Shown in pieces: positions 44,416 through 58,015 of a stretch of 64,000 nt of DNA. A model generated the notes under the pieces. That model was not told the origin of the DNA. It ran no database searches and saw nothing but the letters and a program-made list of their open reading frames with translations. Both the position numbers and the translations under genes were made by a program. Source of the DNA: Epithemia pelagica (lineage: Eukaryota; Protista; Bacillariophyta). The stretch covers positions 2,790,001 to 2,854,000 of the forward strand of contig OX337228.1 in NCBI GenBank assembly GCA_946965045.2. Direction: 5' to 3'. Within the stretch, counting starts at the first letter, position 1. Every line of letters begins with the position of its first letter.

Positions 44416-46325
44416 ATGTTGCGACGATTGGTATGGGCCATCGTGCTGTTGTGGATATCCAGGACGCTGGGTCAAGAATGCGATCCAGAAACGGGTGTGT
44501 GTGACAAGCATGAGCGATGTTCGGCCTGGAAAGAAGAAGGAGAATGTGTTCAAAATCGTGCCTACATGTTGCAACATTGTCCTGTCGCCTGTGGTGGCAA
44601 TGTCAATGACCATCGACGAGGGCCGGATGACGAGGAAGAGGATGACGACGATTGCCAAGATGAACATGAACGATGCTCCGTTTGGGCAGGTTTAGGAGAA
44701 TGTGAAGCAAATCCGGATGACATGCTCAAACATTGTGCGAAATCCTGTGACGCCTGCGGCATGAATCGGGACGAGGAAGAGGAAGAAAATGTCGACAATG
44801 AATACGACGAAGAGGAGGAAATCGAATGCGAGGATACTGACCGTCGTTGTAGTTCATGGGCCAAGAGTGGAGAATGCAAAGCCAATCCCAACTACATGCA
44901 TTCCAATTGTGCCAAGAGTTGCGGAACTTGTGGGAAACCTCGGAGGAAACCTGCACAGGAAGAAGTTCCAGTAGATCATTCCGAAGCCTATGGACGCAAT
45001 TTGATGGACCGGTCCAAAAAGTTTGGAGAAGAACAAAAGGCGGAAGGAGCCGAGAGGACTGCGATTTTGGACCGGATCGAAAGTACCATTCAATACATTG
45101 CAAGCGAACAAGTCACTGAATTGCCCGTCAATATCCGCCGAGAGTGTAAGAATCGTCATGAACTTTGCACCTTTTGGCAAGTCATTGGTGAATGCGAAAA
45201 GAATCAGGCCTATATGCAAACCAATTGTGCAGCAGCTTGTCAATCATGTGAAATGATTGATCATGCCAAACGCTGTCCCATCGATCCGGACGCTGTGCCT
45301 GCACTCTTGCCGGGCAGTCTCAACCAAATGTTTCAGCGTGTTATACGTAATGCACCTGGTAATCAAACGACCCTCGACGAACAGGTACAACGCGCCTTGC
45401 AGGAATCGGGAACCCCCATTTATACAGTCCAGGTCCATTCTAGACCATCCATTGAACCTGTCACCGATGTTAGTATTGTACAAGACAGGTCCTTGCCCCC
45501 CTGGGTCATTACCTTTGACAACTTTTTGACAGACGAGGAATGTGATGCCCTCATTCAGTTGGGATACAAGTACGAGTACAAACGATCCGAGGATGTCGGA
45601 CCCATGAAATTTGATGGTTCCTTTGATTCCGTCCAACAGAACAGCCGAACCTCGGAAAATGCCTGGTGTTCGGATCGGGAGGGCTGTCGGGCGGAGGAAG
45701 TACCACAACGAGTGCATAAACGCATGGCGGCCGTGATGGATATCCCACCCGAAAATTCTGAAGATTTGCAGGTACGTAGTAGCAACTCAATTGTGACTTG
45801 TCTCTTGAAACAACAGATGGAGACCCACATGTCTCACCGACTGTTTTGTGTTCTTGACAACAGATTTTAAAGTATGAAGAGGTAAGGCATCTCGAGCTAA
45901 ATGGTTCAACAATGGGTTTCGGGTGACGTCTCTGACTTTATGTTTGTCTTTTTACGCGTTTAATGAATGTTGTGTTTTGCTTGCTTACTGTGTCGGTCCA
46001 TTAGGGTCAGTTTTATAAGACTCACCATGATTATATTCCCCATCAAAAAGATCGGCAATGCGGTCCTCGGGTGCTTACCTTTTTCTTGTACTTGAATGAT
46101 GTGGAAGAAGGTGGTGGAACTAATTTTCCCAACCTGGATCTCACCATTCAACCCAAAAAGGGCCGGGCTCTTTTGTGGCCGTCCGTCTTGGATGCCGAAC
46201 CCTTGCAGAAGGATGGAAGAACCCTTCATCAAGCCTTGCCCGTCATTCGGGGGACCAAATTTGCTGCCAATGGATGGATTCACATGCACGATTACATTGG
46301 GGCACAACAGCGAGGATGCACCTAG
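44416..46325 (+). CDS. Secreted prolyl 4-hydroxylase with four ShKT domains, 3 exons
   Basis: Signal peptide; four C.D.HERC..W...GEC..N..YM...C..SC repeats; P4H PWVITFDNFLTDEEC, HHDY, LTFFLYLNDVEEGGGT, HQALPV..GTK. Confidence 0.9.
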
Positions 46326-46512
46326 TAGGACATGCATAGACGTAAAATGCATTAGATTATGGAAATTTCTTCATACTCCACTACGCCTAGGTGATGGGAA
46401 CTCACAAGTAGCCATTGCTTACTATTACATACAAAAATTCTTCATTTGTGATCCACCCACGATATTTACAATTGGGGGCTCCAGTAAAGCATGCCCATTC
46501 AGGGATGGAGTG

Positions 46513-48330
46513 CTAGGGGGGAGGAACGTCGTCCTGGTGGTATGAATAGCCGCGACGATCACGATGGTGGTTCCCCGTGCCGCCGCCATGTTCCGTGGGG
46601 TCCAATCCATAGGCACCCATACGCCGCATCGCTTCTTGCCAGGTCTGCTCAAAGAGTTGCGTCGCATTCGGACCCTGAGGTAACGTTGTGGCTCCCATAT
46701 TGAACAAGAGAGCTTCTCGCCATTGCCACTGCCTTGTGACGGATAAGGATTCATCCTCCAACAAGTCACGTTTTCGCCAGGTTCTACATCGCTCGTCATC
46801 TTGTTCCGAGGCTGCCTTTGGTTGGCTGGTTCCGCGTTGTTGCTCCATGCGATGGAGACCATTGTTGTTTTCTGGATGGAGAATTGTCGTTGTTGTCGAT
46901 TGACCAACATTCCGAGAGGGTATACAATCGGAATCCTGGTACCTTGTAAGAGTTCCACGTTCTTGCATGGGACCAGGATATGAATCCAACGTTTCTAAAC
47001 TGTCATTGCTTGACAATGGTTCCCCACAGGGCGTTGTGATCGTCGTTGTCGTCTTGTCTTGTTTGGGAGGCAAGGCAAAGGAGGCAAAGACACCCCAACA
47101 ATTTTCCATGAGAAATCCCCAATTGCCCGTGGGAGATCTATGGACAAGATACACGGGTAATTCCCGTCCTCCTACAGTCAATCGTACATAGGCACCGACA
47201 GTCTTGGCGGGCAAATCCAATGGATGCTTGACAAATCTCCACGTGACTGGTAAATCCTCCCAGAATTCATTGCTGTTGTTGGTAGACGATGGATCGGCAA
47301 ACGGAGGACCCAATCGTATCAACGGTCCTCCCTTCGGTTCGTCATTGTTGTCGTGTGTTGTTTCCTTCGTCGTCATGATTTGTTGCACTGAACCATTGGG
47401 TAAAAAGACCATTTTCCGCGGTGCCTTGCCCGCATGCCAGGGATCCATGGCCGTCCAAGCAGGTCCAGCCGCTTGTTTGCATCGAAATTCCCAAATGGTC
47501 GAGTGTCCATGAATGGGATCGTACACCAATTCCTCCCAGTGAATCAAATGTCGCAATCGAGCATCTCGACACGAGGCTTGGTAGGCCCTCAAGGCCGAAG
47601 TAGTATTGCCATTATGGGTGCTTGGTGGTGTCGATAAACTGGGTCGATCCGGAGTCATGGAAGAGCTGTTGTGAATTGCAGATTTCGTCTTGGGAATGGT
47701 TGTAGGATTGTTGGAGACTGTCCCACTGCCTTTTGGTCTACCAAATGCCGCGTCGTCGTTGTCGTCGTCGATTCCCATGCTGGCATTGACCAGAGATGGA
47801 GGGACCAGACCTTGTTTGCGGTGCCACAATCGTTGACAATGGGCGGTCCAGCCAGCAGTGTTGGTGGACAAGACAGTGTTCCATTTGTGACAAACCAACC
47901 GAGCCTGTTTGAGAGATCCCACGTTCAAATAGGTCCCAATCGCAGCCAGGAGTTCATCCGGCAACGACAAGATTCCAGGACAATCGTCTTGGCAAGACGA
48001 CGACGAAGAAGAAGAAGACGAAGACTGGGAAGCGTCCATGGACTGGATGGTGTTGGCAGCAGCATGCGAGCAGTCTTTTGGGGACGGTCCATGGAGGGAG
48101 TGACTTGTCGTCGATTTTGGAAGGCACCACCATTCTGTGGTGGTGGCGGAGGCAGGTTCACCGGGACAGTGTGTGGTACGAGTTTTCGAGTCCTGGTTCG
48201 GCACGCCGTAAATGGCATCCTTCTTCGTTGGCACACCATCGCTCGGCAAGAGTCGACGCTTTTTCGGCACGGGATGTGCCGCTGCTGCTTCTACAGTGGT
48301 AGTTTGCCAACCATGTTTGCTATTCGCCAT
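46513..48330 (-). CDS. F-box protein
   Basis: ILSLPDELLAAIGTYLNVGSLKQARLVCHKWN F-box motif. Confidence 0.7.
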   Translation of the reverse strand: MANSKHGWQTTTVEAAAAHPVPKKRRLLPSDGVPTKKDAIYGVPNQDSKTRTTHCPGEPASATTTEWWCLPKSTTSHSLHGPSPKDCSHAAANTIQSMDASQSSSSSSSSSSCQDDCPGILSLPDELLAAIGTYLNVGSLKQARLVCHKWNTVLSTNTAGWTAHCQRLWHRKQGLVPPSLVNASMGIDDDNDDAAFGRPKGSGTVSNNPTTIPKTKSAIHNSSSMTPDRPSLSTPPSTHNGNTTSALRAYQASCRDARLRHLIHWEELVYDPIHGHSTIWEFRCKQAAGPAWTAMDPWHAGKAPRKMVFLPNGSVQQIMTTKETTHDNNDEPKGGPLIRLGPPFADPSSTNNSNEFWEDLPVTWRFVKHPLDLPAKTVGAYVRLTVGGRELPVYLVHRSPTGNWGFLMENCWGVFASFALPPKQDKTTTTITTPCGEPLSSNDSLETLDSYPGPMQERGTLTRYQDSDCIPSRNVGQSTTTTILHPENNNGLHRMEQQRGTSQPKAASEQDDERCRTWRKRDLLEDESLSVTRQWQWREALLFNMGATTLPQGPNATQLFEQTWQEAMRRMGAYGLDPTEHGGGTGNHHRDRRGYSYHQDDVPPP

Positions 48331-49118
48331 GATGATGATGATGATACAACTGTTGCGTCGTTGTGTTTCGTTCTGTCAAAAAAGTGAATTTCCGTCCGGT
48401 GTGAGAAGGTGCCCACACACAAGAGTTTCCAAAACTGAAATTTATGTGTTTTCAAACTCAAAAGAGTGATGGTTTGCAGTAGTTGCAGAACACGATGGCG
48501 CGGCAAAACCGGTTTCGTTTTCTTTCTGGTTCACTGGATGAGACCCGACAGATTCGTGGGAGAGGTACATCCCCTCCTACACAAGAATGGAGAAGACAGA
48601 CCATCCTTCCAACCCATTCGCGGTGATGGCAATGAATACGAAACGCAACGACCCCCCAACGAGAGGTAGGTAGGTTGGAAGGTTCGAGTCGTCTTCGATG
48701 TCCATCTTCGATACTCCAAGTCGTGTGTGGGTTGCTTTGATTCTCCCTTCCAACGTGAAAGGAGTTGAGAACCATCGCGTATCTCTCACGCAGCCAAATT
48801 CGTGGATGATGGGAGTGGACGTGGGTACAATCCAGTCTATACTCCAAAATCCGTTCGGAAGCACGAGCGGCGCGTTGCTTCCGAATGCACGCACGCGTGA
48901 CACGACGGTCGGCTCGCCAAGTCCAAAAACAGCGACCAGGGGAACACGAACAAGATCCAAAACGCTCCATCCAAGATCATACGCCATGAACACCAGCAAC
49001 CTCCACGCCGTATTTGCCGGAAGCCGGAACAGGAACAGCAAAGAGACGTGGAACCTCTACGGCAATTGACTGACTCTGTCTTGTTCGGACTGCTGTTTTT
49101 TGTTCCTCTCTCTGGAGC

Positions 49119-50587
49119 ATGGAAATTGGTCGACGGGCCCTCGAGTGTCGAGCCGACCATGACTACGAGGACGAAACATGTGAGACTAGGAGCACCAACC
49201 TCGTCTGGCAAGACCCTTTGGACGACCATCCTACTGGAGCAACCACGAGGTGTCGTCATTCGTATGGACCACACGATCAACAACCTCTGCCACTCCTACC
49301 ACAAGCAGTCCTGGCGGCATGGCAGCAACTGGGTGCGTGGTTGGAGGAGACGCATCAATTTCTTGACGAACTGGACCAGCAGCAAGAGCACGAGGGGATG
49401 GTGACGTCGGCCATTCTACGGGTCCGTCACGACCTGGCGGCCGCCGTGGGATCTGTGGCAGACGAACTGGAACAACAAAGTCTCGAGGAACGACGTGCCT
49501 GGGCGCAAGCCTGTGCCACCCATGTACAAACCCTGTTGGACGATCTGAATGCCATTCAACAACAACAGCAGCAACAACAACAACAACTCGAACTTGGAGA
49601 ACTGACCGCTCATCAGGGGTGTTGGGACGACGGCAAAACAAATGTTGGGGACGATCCTACTGGTCGGACGTCTCTTGTCGCACACTCGCGACAACGAACC
49701 GTCGTGAACAAACAGGAATTCATGGCCTTTTTTCGGACAACGTCTCAGTTTCTCCGAGATGTCGAGGCATCTCTATTGCTCCTGGATCCAGACACGGCAC
49801 AGGAACTTGCCGAGGCATCCTTGGTAGTGGCCCAACTGACGGTCGAATCCCTCCAATCCCTTTATTCCCAAGTGACACCCAACAGGCAGGCTCTCACTGC
49901 ACCCTCCTCTTTGTCCTTCCAACAACAACGACGACGACATGCAACACAACCAGAACATTTGTCGATTGAAATTCTGCCAGACGACCTGCCGAAGGATTCC
50001 AGACACACCCTCGAGACAGCGAGCCCACGAGACAAGGAGCTCCACAAACAACCGAGCCGCGTGTCCCACAAACGTGGCCGCATGCGAGTTTTGTGGCCAC
50101 CACTGGGACCTACCGTTCTGGACTGTCTCTTGTGGACACAGAACCAAGCATTTCAAAGGCCTCTGGTATCGCTGGCCGTGGCATGTACCCTCTGGCCATG
50201 GGCCCTGGTCACCGTTTTGGTTGCCACTCCCTTGGTGGTATGGGATGCCATTCTTCAAGCCACGTACCAGTATTTGGATGACACGACGCTTGTCGTGGGG
50301 GATTGGAACGAGGTGCCGCACAGTTGTATCACACGGGACGATTGGCCAGTCTCACGGCCAAACTAACGGGTCGGTCGGCGTGGTACATTGTCCAACAGCA
50401 AGTCGACCGACACGGAGGACTGGGAGGAATGGCCCATTGCTGTACCGAGTGGGTTGTGGATCGAGTCACGCATCCGGTGGAAACACTCCACGATACCTGG
50501 CATGGCATGTGGGGAGTGGCCCATTGGATCCAATGTCGCGTCGAAGAAGTGGTGGTACATCGCAAAGAAGAGGAGCTGTACTTGTAG
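49119..50587 (+). CDS. Hypothetical protein with apparent 1-nt frameshift at G5 run 50297-50301
   Basis: Long ORF 49119-50366 with hydrophobic segment; protein-like continuation LERGAAQLYHTGRL... in another frame to stop 50587. Confidence 0.45.
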
Positions 50588-51055
50588 CAGTACCTACGTA
50601 GGAGTACATAATTTGTTTTGCGCTCGATACATAGATTGGTGAGACTCGTATGGACTACGGACCAAGTAACTGAGCATCATTCCTAGGATTGTGTGGAAAT
50701 TTGGATCATCGATCCTGTGCTATCTAATGCGGGATCACCTCGAGCACTACTGGTACAATAGCTCTCTTTAAGTGACGATAGCGTTTCCATTCACTGACCA
50801 CACCGACGGACAGACGACAGACCACGAACCAAAGATCCACGAGGCATGGGGATTGATTCATTCGTTTGATGTGTTGGACAAGCCACCACAGTCTTGATGG
50901 GAGACATATCGTTGAATTCGACCATCAAGTGAGAACTGCAGGGAACCACCAATCTGCTCTCTCCCCTACCTGAAGTAACCTCACCAATATTCACAGGCCA
51001 TAATTAAGGAACTTTCAGTGTTCGCGACAACCCGAGACCCAATACCCAATCAAGC

Positions 51056-53071
51056 ATGTTCAATCCTCGGCCTCTCGTCGGTTTACTCCTGGCATGTTTG
51101 CTTCATGGTGAATTTTGCTCTCGTTCGTTTGTTCAAGGCTTTTTGTCACAATCTTCAGTTCCCGTGCGAATCTCAAGGGTCATGGAGTTTTCTAGGCGAG
51201 CTCGAAAACCGAAATCGCCCGAAATGGATTTTCCAGAGGGATCCTTGTTTGATGCAGAAGCCTTTGATGATAATAATGCAATCGAAACTGATGTCTCTTC
51301 TTCGAGCTCGGCTTTCTATGATATTGACTACGAAGACGACGTCAGTCTAGGGTACCCAGACGATTCCGAGTTCTCTGGCTTTGAACGAGATGAAGTGGGC
51401 ATTCTAGAAGAGAGAGAAGATCGTCTTTACGTCGATGAATTTGGAACAAAACGAAAGATTGAAAGGTGCATCTTGATTGGGGTTGAAAATTTGTCTCGAA
51501 AGCGGAAGCAGGACAGAAAACATGCCAACAGAGAGAACTCGGATTACCTAGTTCAACAGCCTCTTCTTGAGAACTACGACTTTTATGCGCCTGAGATTGA
51601 TTCGTCAGAGATGGTAGATAAAGAAGATCTGGACATATACTTCACGCTGGACGAGAGTTTAACAGAAATGCGTGAACTCGTTAAGACTGCCGGCATGGAG
51701 ATTGTTGGTGAAGTCACTCAACGGCTAAACGAAGTAAACCCAAAATCTTACATCGGGTCTGGGAAAGTAAAAGAAGCAGATCAACTGTTGAAAGAAACTG
51801 ATTGCTGCACGGTAGTGTTTGATGCTGAATTGTCACCTGGTCAACAAAAGCATCTGGAAAACATCTTCAACAAAAATCTGATTCAGAACGACTTTTTAGT
51901 CCAAGATCGCGAGATCAAGGTAAGAGGTTCCCAGGTGAAGAATGGCTGTATTTGAAATGTCTCGTGATCTAATAGTTAATCGTGACGATAGGTGGTAGAC
52001 CGAACTGCTTTGATTCTGGACATCTTTGCGATGCATGCCAAGACTCGGGAAGGAAAGCTCCAAGTCGATCTCGCTCTGCATGAATATAGAAAACCCCGAT
52101 TGACGAGAATGTGGACACATCTGGAAAGACAATCGGGTGCAGGTGGCGTTGGTCTACGTGGTCCAGGAGAAAGCCAGCTCGAGATTGACAAACGCCTCCT
52201 CCGTGATCGAATTATCACCCTTAAACACAAGATTGATGATGTACAGAAGCACCGAGCCATGCATCGTCGAGGCAGGGCCAGATTAGGGTTGCCCATCTTG
52301 GCGCTAGTTGGTTACACCAATGCTGGAAAAAGCTCCCTATTAAACTTCTTGACGAAGGCCGGTGTCATGGCTGAGTCAATGTTGTTTGCGACCTTGGACC
52401 CAACGACAAGAAAAGTTAAGCTTCCAGGATATGAGACACATCCTGAGGTCCTTCTCACAGACACAGTTGGTTTCATTCAGAAGCTTCCAACCCATCTTGT
52501 TGCAGCGTTCCGTGCAACACTCGAAGAAGTGAAGGATGCTGACGTACTGATTCACGTGATCGACGTGTCGGACCCCTCATGGGAGAAACAAGAAAAGGCT
52601 GTGTTGTCCGTTTTAGCAGACATTGGGGCGGGTGACAAACCCGTTGTCCGTGTCTTGAACAAAATTGATCTCGTGGAACCTCTAATCGCAGAGCGTCTTC
52701 GCTACGAGACTCCAATGATGGAACATACAGTAGCGGCATCGGCACTTACCGGAGAGGGTCTGCACGATTTCGTCGCGGTTGTGGAAGAGGCTTTGTCGGA
52801 GTTGCTGATTCCATATGAAGGCATTATCCCCTACTCTAAGGGTAATGACTTGAATGCAATTCACGAACAAGGGAATGTCGAAGTGGTAGATTATCGTGAA
52901 AAAGGAACTTATGTCAAGGCACTTGTTCCGAAACCTATTGCTGAAAGATTATCACAATATTCTGTCATCTCCGCCAACACAGATCCAGAAGAATCACTGA
53001 CGCGTAAGAGATCTACCAACTTCGACGACGATCACTGGAAATCGCTTGGACGTCGACGCCATTCACAGTAG
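51056..53071 (+). CDS. hflX: Organellar ribosome-splitting GTPase HflX, 2 exons
   Basis: [31 protein letters not shown]1 [29 protein letters not shown]; intron 51920-51991. Confidence 0.93.
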
Positions 53072-53722
53072 ATGACGCTACTTCATTGATCTATTTTTCC
53101 GTTGTCGACCTTTGCTTCTTTTGACTTAATTTCATCTTAAATTCGTGACTGTGCTAGCTATGCCTCCATACACTTCTGTTCCGATAAGTGCTCCTAGCAC
53201 GGAGAACGTCTTTTTTACATTTCCAGATTCAAGGTCTGCCACAGCAGTGGCGCTCCAATCACGGAGACCATTTGATCGCTGATCTGATATATTCGGAATT
53301 CAACGTCTTTGAAAGGACTGAGCTCCCCGATGGAGAGTCTCTGCAGCATTGTGGGCACGGCTACCGTTTCCCTTGTTGCTGCTCTTTGTCTTGACGGTGA
53401 CGGAGAAGGGAGAAGACAACATGGTGATCTGGACATCAGTTTATAGCTAGAATCATTACCAATTTCCCAATCGAGCTCTTTTTGTGCATAGCGAATCTTT
53501 ACGAATTTTCCAGTCGTGCTTTCGATTGTATTTTAGACATGAATCGAGCGACTGATTCTCCGATCTTCGATCAGTCGCCGTTCCGTCGTGTTTCTTCAAT
53601 CGCACATAACACGTCTGACAACCTGACACTGACACAACCGATCTCTCACTTTTGCTCCCCATTTTACATCTCGTCATATTCTTGATTGAGCTGTTCGTAT
53701 AAGCTTCGCCGTCAACTTCACC

Positions 53723-54319
53723 ATGATGCGATCGACTGGTTCCTTTGCTATTTGGTCGGCTTTTTTGCTTGTCGTCCTTAATGCCTGTGGATCGGTACTG
53801 TCTTTCACTGTTCGTCCACAATCCCTGAACACTTTCGCTGGGGAACAAGTGAGCAGTGGACTTCAAATGTTTAAAGGATTGACGGATGCCTTCAAGAATG
53901 ATGATTCATTGGGTGCTCGAGAAAATGCTGGTTTGAAGAACGGTCCAGCGTTTAATGACAATGTCTCTATTAATGGAAAACCGGTGAAAGGGGCTGTTGC
54001 CGGGCAAAAGCTGACCGTGGTTGCTGGTAGAGCTCGTGTTAAGATACCAGTCAACTGCCAACAAGGTGATTGTGAGTAGATTGAATGAAACATTTGAAGT
54101 TCTACGTTCATGCTGCTTATATTCGTTTTTTGCCACAGGTGGTACGTGTATGGTAAAATTGAATGGAAGAAAGGTTAAAGGTACGGTTACCATTTTTCTT
54201 TTACAGCCTGGGTTCTAAGAACTTATCTCTTACACCTGATGTACCATGTGGTCCTCTTCGTCTGTGCAGCTTGCCAAACCCTTTTGCCCTCGGGAAAAGC
54301 CAACATCGAAACGCTTTAG
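53723..54319 (+). CDS. Plastid-targeted 2Fe-2S ferredoxin-like protein, 3 exons
   Basis: Spliced product VNCQQGD|CGTCMVKLNGRKVK|ACQ gives the Cx4Cx2C..C ligand set; signal then SF presequence. Confidence 0.75.
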
Positions 54320-54340
54320 ATCGCTTGAATCCAGTCTCCT

Positions 54341-55027
54341 CTAGATACCCTCGTCGTGAACATACAACTCCTTCAGCTCAGGACGATTGGTTTCTACGTC
54401 TATCAGCTGTGAATCGAAATCGGGTCGGTGGAAGCAAGCCATATCATCCACCGTACTTAAGAAACCCAGTATAAGCATGCATATACAAGAACATCCAAGT
54501 GAACTTACCATCGCTAAAAAGAAATCGTTCGTCGATAGTCCCTCCAAGACCTTGGTTCGACAGGATATCCGCGAAATGGTTCTCCATTGCTTCTGAACAA
54601 TTACTCGATCTAGCTCGAGAGTCGGAAAGTGATTATTTACTACGGCGACGGCCGCTATCTTTTCTAGAAACTTGACACCTGTCAAAAAATCAGAATGTCG
54701 AAATTCTCGCACCAGTTTATCTGGTGGAGCTGCCAGGACAGCATCGTCTTTTGTCTTGTCTTCCATCTTTGATGTTACAATTCTCCATGCGTTGTGTATG
54801 GTGACTTTATGTGACTCTGCTTCAGCCGCAGAAAGTGGTTTGCCTCCTTGTCCGTAAGGATCGCATACTTTGTTGGGTCTTTTGGCTGTTGGGTCGTAGA
54901 TTTGCCGTTGCGCTTTGATGTGACCAAGACCCTCGCGGCTGGTCGACTTGGAAGAGAAGTTAAACTTTGGAGAGGTTCGTCGTAAAGGCAAACAACGAAT
55001 TAGCACACGTCCACAGACTACAATCAT
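54341..55027 (-). CDS. Pterin-4-alpha-carbinolamine dehydratase-like protein, 2 exons
   Basis: LVREFRHSDFLTGVKFLEKIAAVA..NHFP, GLSTNDFFLAM|LID; intron 54407-54508. Confidence 0.75.
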   Translation of the reverse strand: MIVVCGRVLIRCLPLRRTSPKFNFSSKSTSREGLGHIKAQRQIYDPTAKRPNKVCDPYGQGGKPLSAAEAESHKVTIHNAWRIVTSKMEDKTKDDAVLAAPPDKLVREFRHSDFLTGVKFLEKIAAVAVVNNHFPTLELDRVIVQKQWRTISRISCRTKVLEGLSTNDFFLAMVSSLGCSCICMLILGFLSTVDDMACFHRPDFDSQLIDVETNRPELKELYVHDEGI

Positions 55028-55290
55028 GAGTATGCACTAGGGTATCTGATCCATGCCAAAGTACTTCCTAATCCGTCTTCTTTGTTTTGTCGTCGTCCTT
55101 GATGACGCTACGAGAGTCATGTTTCGTAGTTACACGTGGAGTCACGCCGGACGCCTGACAGATCGGTGATCGGAACATCGCACATCCACCGACCACCGAC
55201 ACAAGATACGAAAAAGAAAAAAATCCAAGGAGATCTCTTTGATATGCTGAGATTTGCATAGCAGGTGATTGGCAAAGCTCACCACACAAC

Positions 55291-57886
55291 ATGCGATTGG
55301 TTGTACAGTCTGGGTTGAGGAATCGAGCTTTGACTAGGAGGTTGTTGCCGAAATCGAGTGGCCTTTCCCTTTATCAGGCGGTCAGCTGTGGAACTGGAGG
55401 ATCGCACTTCTTTGGTAACCATGTTGGTCCTCGTCATCCCAATCATGGCGCTTACCGAACGTTCGTGTTCTCCCAAGACTCGGTGAGCGCAAGTGAAACA
55501 CCTCCTGGTACAAAGATTGAACTTGATTTTTTTGGTGAACCAGTCACCTTCCTGGGTATTCACCACACGGACAAGGTATCGAACGCCATGGCAGCCCTGG
55601 ATGGATTTCTGTTGGGCGCCGTTACAAAAGGACGCACATGTACATTAGGAGGTGACGAATCTGGAATTTTCATGAAGGCACCCCATTCCGTTGCTGTTGC
55701 CTGGTCAGAAGCCCTGAGGTTCGCCACATTTTGGAATCAACCGAGGAAAAAGGAAAAAGTTTCCAAATACGATGACGAAGACGAAGACAACCACAACGAT
55801 AGTAGATTCACTTCGAACCACATGAGACCACATAGGTCTTCACCGATGCTGGCCGTGGTTGCTGTGTCACCACTGTTAGCAAACGCAGGACTGTCCTACA
55901 CCAAGCATTTGGACTCTTTGCTCAAGCAAACAAAACCGCCCGTCCCTGGATACCCTCCAGTCCAAATGCTCGACTTGGCCCATTGTGCTGTGGATCGAAT
56001 AGATGAACCATTTTTGAATCTAAGGGAGAAAATGGTAAAGGATCATATCATTTGTTGTGGTATTCACCTGTCTTTCATTCTCACACACTTTCATGTTTAA
56101 ATTGTCGTTTTGAATCCAATTCGTTGCTGCTTTGAAAGCATTTGCATGTTCTTAAATTTCTATTGGAGGACAAGCACACTTATGCGCTTGTTGAAGTCTT
56201 ACAGATTTTGCGATTGTGCCCTGGCGATGCACTCGCTTTAAGTCTTGCGATGGATCTGGCTAATACTGTTGGCGACAAGGACGCTGCAGCGGAAGCAGCT
56301 GGGTCTGTCGTTTCGTACTGGCACGAGAGGAGAGGAGGTTTGATCCGACCAGCAATCCCCGGACACGCCATTGCCTTGGGTCTCATTTCTCTAGGTAGGT
56401 CATCGTCGATTTACCAGTTCTGTCAGTTCGGGATTGTCTTCCCCTGACATTACCTCTTTTATGTTTTTCATCAGGTTTTGCTGTAGGGGGGCACATAGAG
56501 GAGGCAGAACGAATGGCAGACGCATCTATGAAACAAGGCAAAAAAGTTTCAGGGGCGCTCGCAACATGGGCCCAGACTCATGTCTTTGACGCAGGTGGAA
56601 GGGTTTCGGAGGCCATTTCGGCTTTGGCCAATACAGATGGAATTGACAACTATGAAGGAGCTGGTTTTTTGTTTTTCGATTGTCGGCTTTCCGGTTACGG
56701 GGCACGCTTTGCCATGGATCGGGAGGAAAGAGGAAGAGGGAAAAGCGCTGCTCTGAGACTCTATGCGAACTACACGGAACGACTGCTCGATTACAGTGGA
56801 TACGCAAACCGACAACCATGGATGCAGCCTGTGCACAAGGCACCGCTGTCGTTCGCACCTCGAACACTTGCAGTTGAAGCAGGACGAAGCGATGACAAGG
56901 ACGAATCGCTTTCATTCATGGAGAGAGCAATGGGAGTCACTCCGAAACAAAAAAGAATTGAATCACATATGAAAAAGCATTTTGATGTGGTCACAAAGCA
57001 AAATGAACTTCCATCGAGGAGACTAGAAGCTTGGGATCCATCCAATGAGGACGTTTTGACCTGGTTGCCACCAACTCCCATTTTCCTGGCAGAATCGACA
57101 CTAACGCTATTCCGTTTAACGCTCAACGGATCGGTCTCTACTAAGAACTTTCGATGGGACGATGTTAGAAATTCCTGGGAGGCGTTCTTTGACATACACA
57201 GACGCTACAGCGACCAACCGCTTGAATTCGCCCCCATTGTATGCTTGGCTGCATCAATTCTGTTGCCGCCTTCCGAAACGGGAGGAGATAGAATAGGGTC
57301 TGGATCTTTGGCAAGGGGGCTGAATCTCATGGGACAGTTGATGAAACTGGGCTCGCCTCCACCTGACTCAGAAGATTTGAAACCAGAGGATGGAGCTGCT
57401 GTTGGCGAAGTCCGTGACTTTGTTGAGATGCGTGAGGTTGTTGCTCGCACGGATCCAGGGCTTTGGTATCCAAGATTTGACGGCACAGAGAATGAATGGA
57501 AAAAAGTCGTTCTGGATCTCGTCGCAGCACGAGATGGATTTGATCCAGCTGATGAACGCATAAGCTTTTCAGCAGGGAAAAGAACTGATGGAAAGGAGAA
57601 GAACTTTGACGATGAACTATCCAGATTCCGCTACCGCGGTTGGACGTTTGACTCGAGGCCAATTGTAGAGAATGCCCTCGTATTCTCGGCTTGTAAGGCT
57701 GGTGACATTGAATCGCTGTCAGCGGCTCGCGCGGTTTGTAGCCGGGGAGTCATGTTACGTCCTGCGTCGCCAGAGGAGTGGTGGAGGTATAGTATTGTTC
57801 TGGGACTCCTTGGAGATGAAGTAGCTTCTCAAGAAGCTTGGACGGCGAGTGTGCACGCTGGATTGGGACAAGGATCTCAACGATAA
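55291..57886 (+). CDS. Conserved hypothetical TPR-like (TTC38-like) protein, about 3 exons
   Basis: Three consecutive protein-like ORFs joined by plausible introns; helical repeats, CPGDALAL and ATWAQTHVFD. Confidence 0.45.
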
Positions 57887-58015
57887 ATGTTTCCAGATTC
57901 TCCTAATTTACGTAGACTCTGACTCTATTCCCGGGCAGATACAAAGTTTTAGGTCGAATGATTAGATGCAACTCAGGCAAGCCTTCCTACCGTAATTTTC
58001 GGTTTCCTCTACCCC

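Noticed and set aside
48458-49069. Several overlapping 120-170 aa ORFs between the F-box and hypothetical genes
   Set aside because: No recognisable motifs or consistent coding signal; treated as intergenic/UTR
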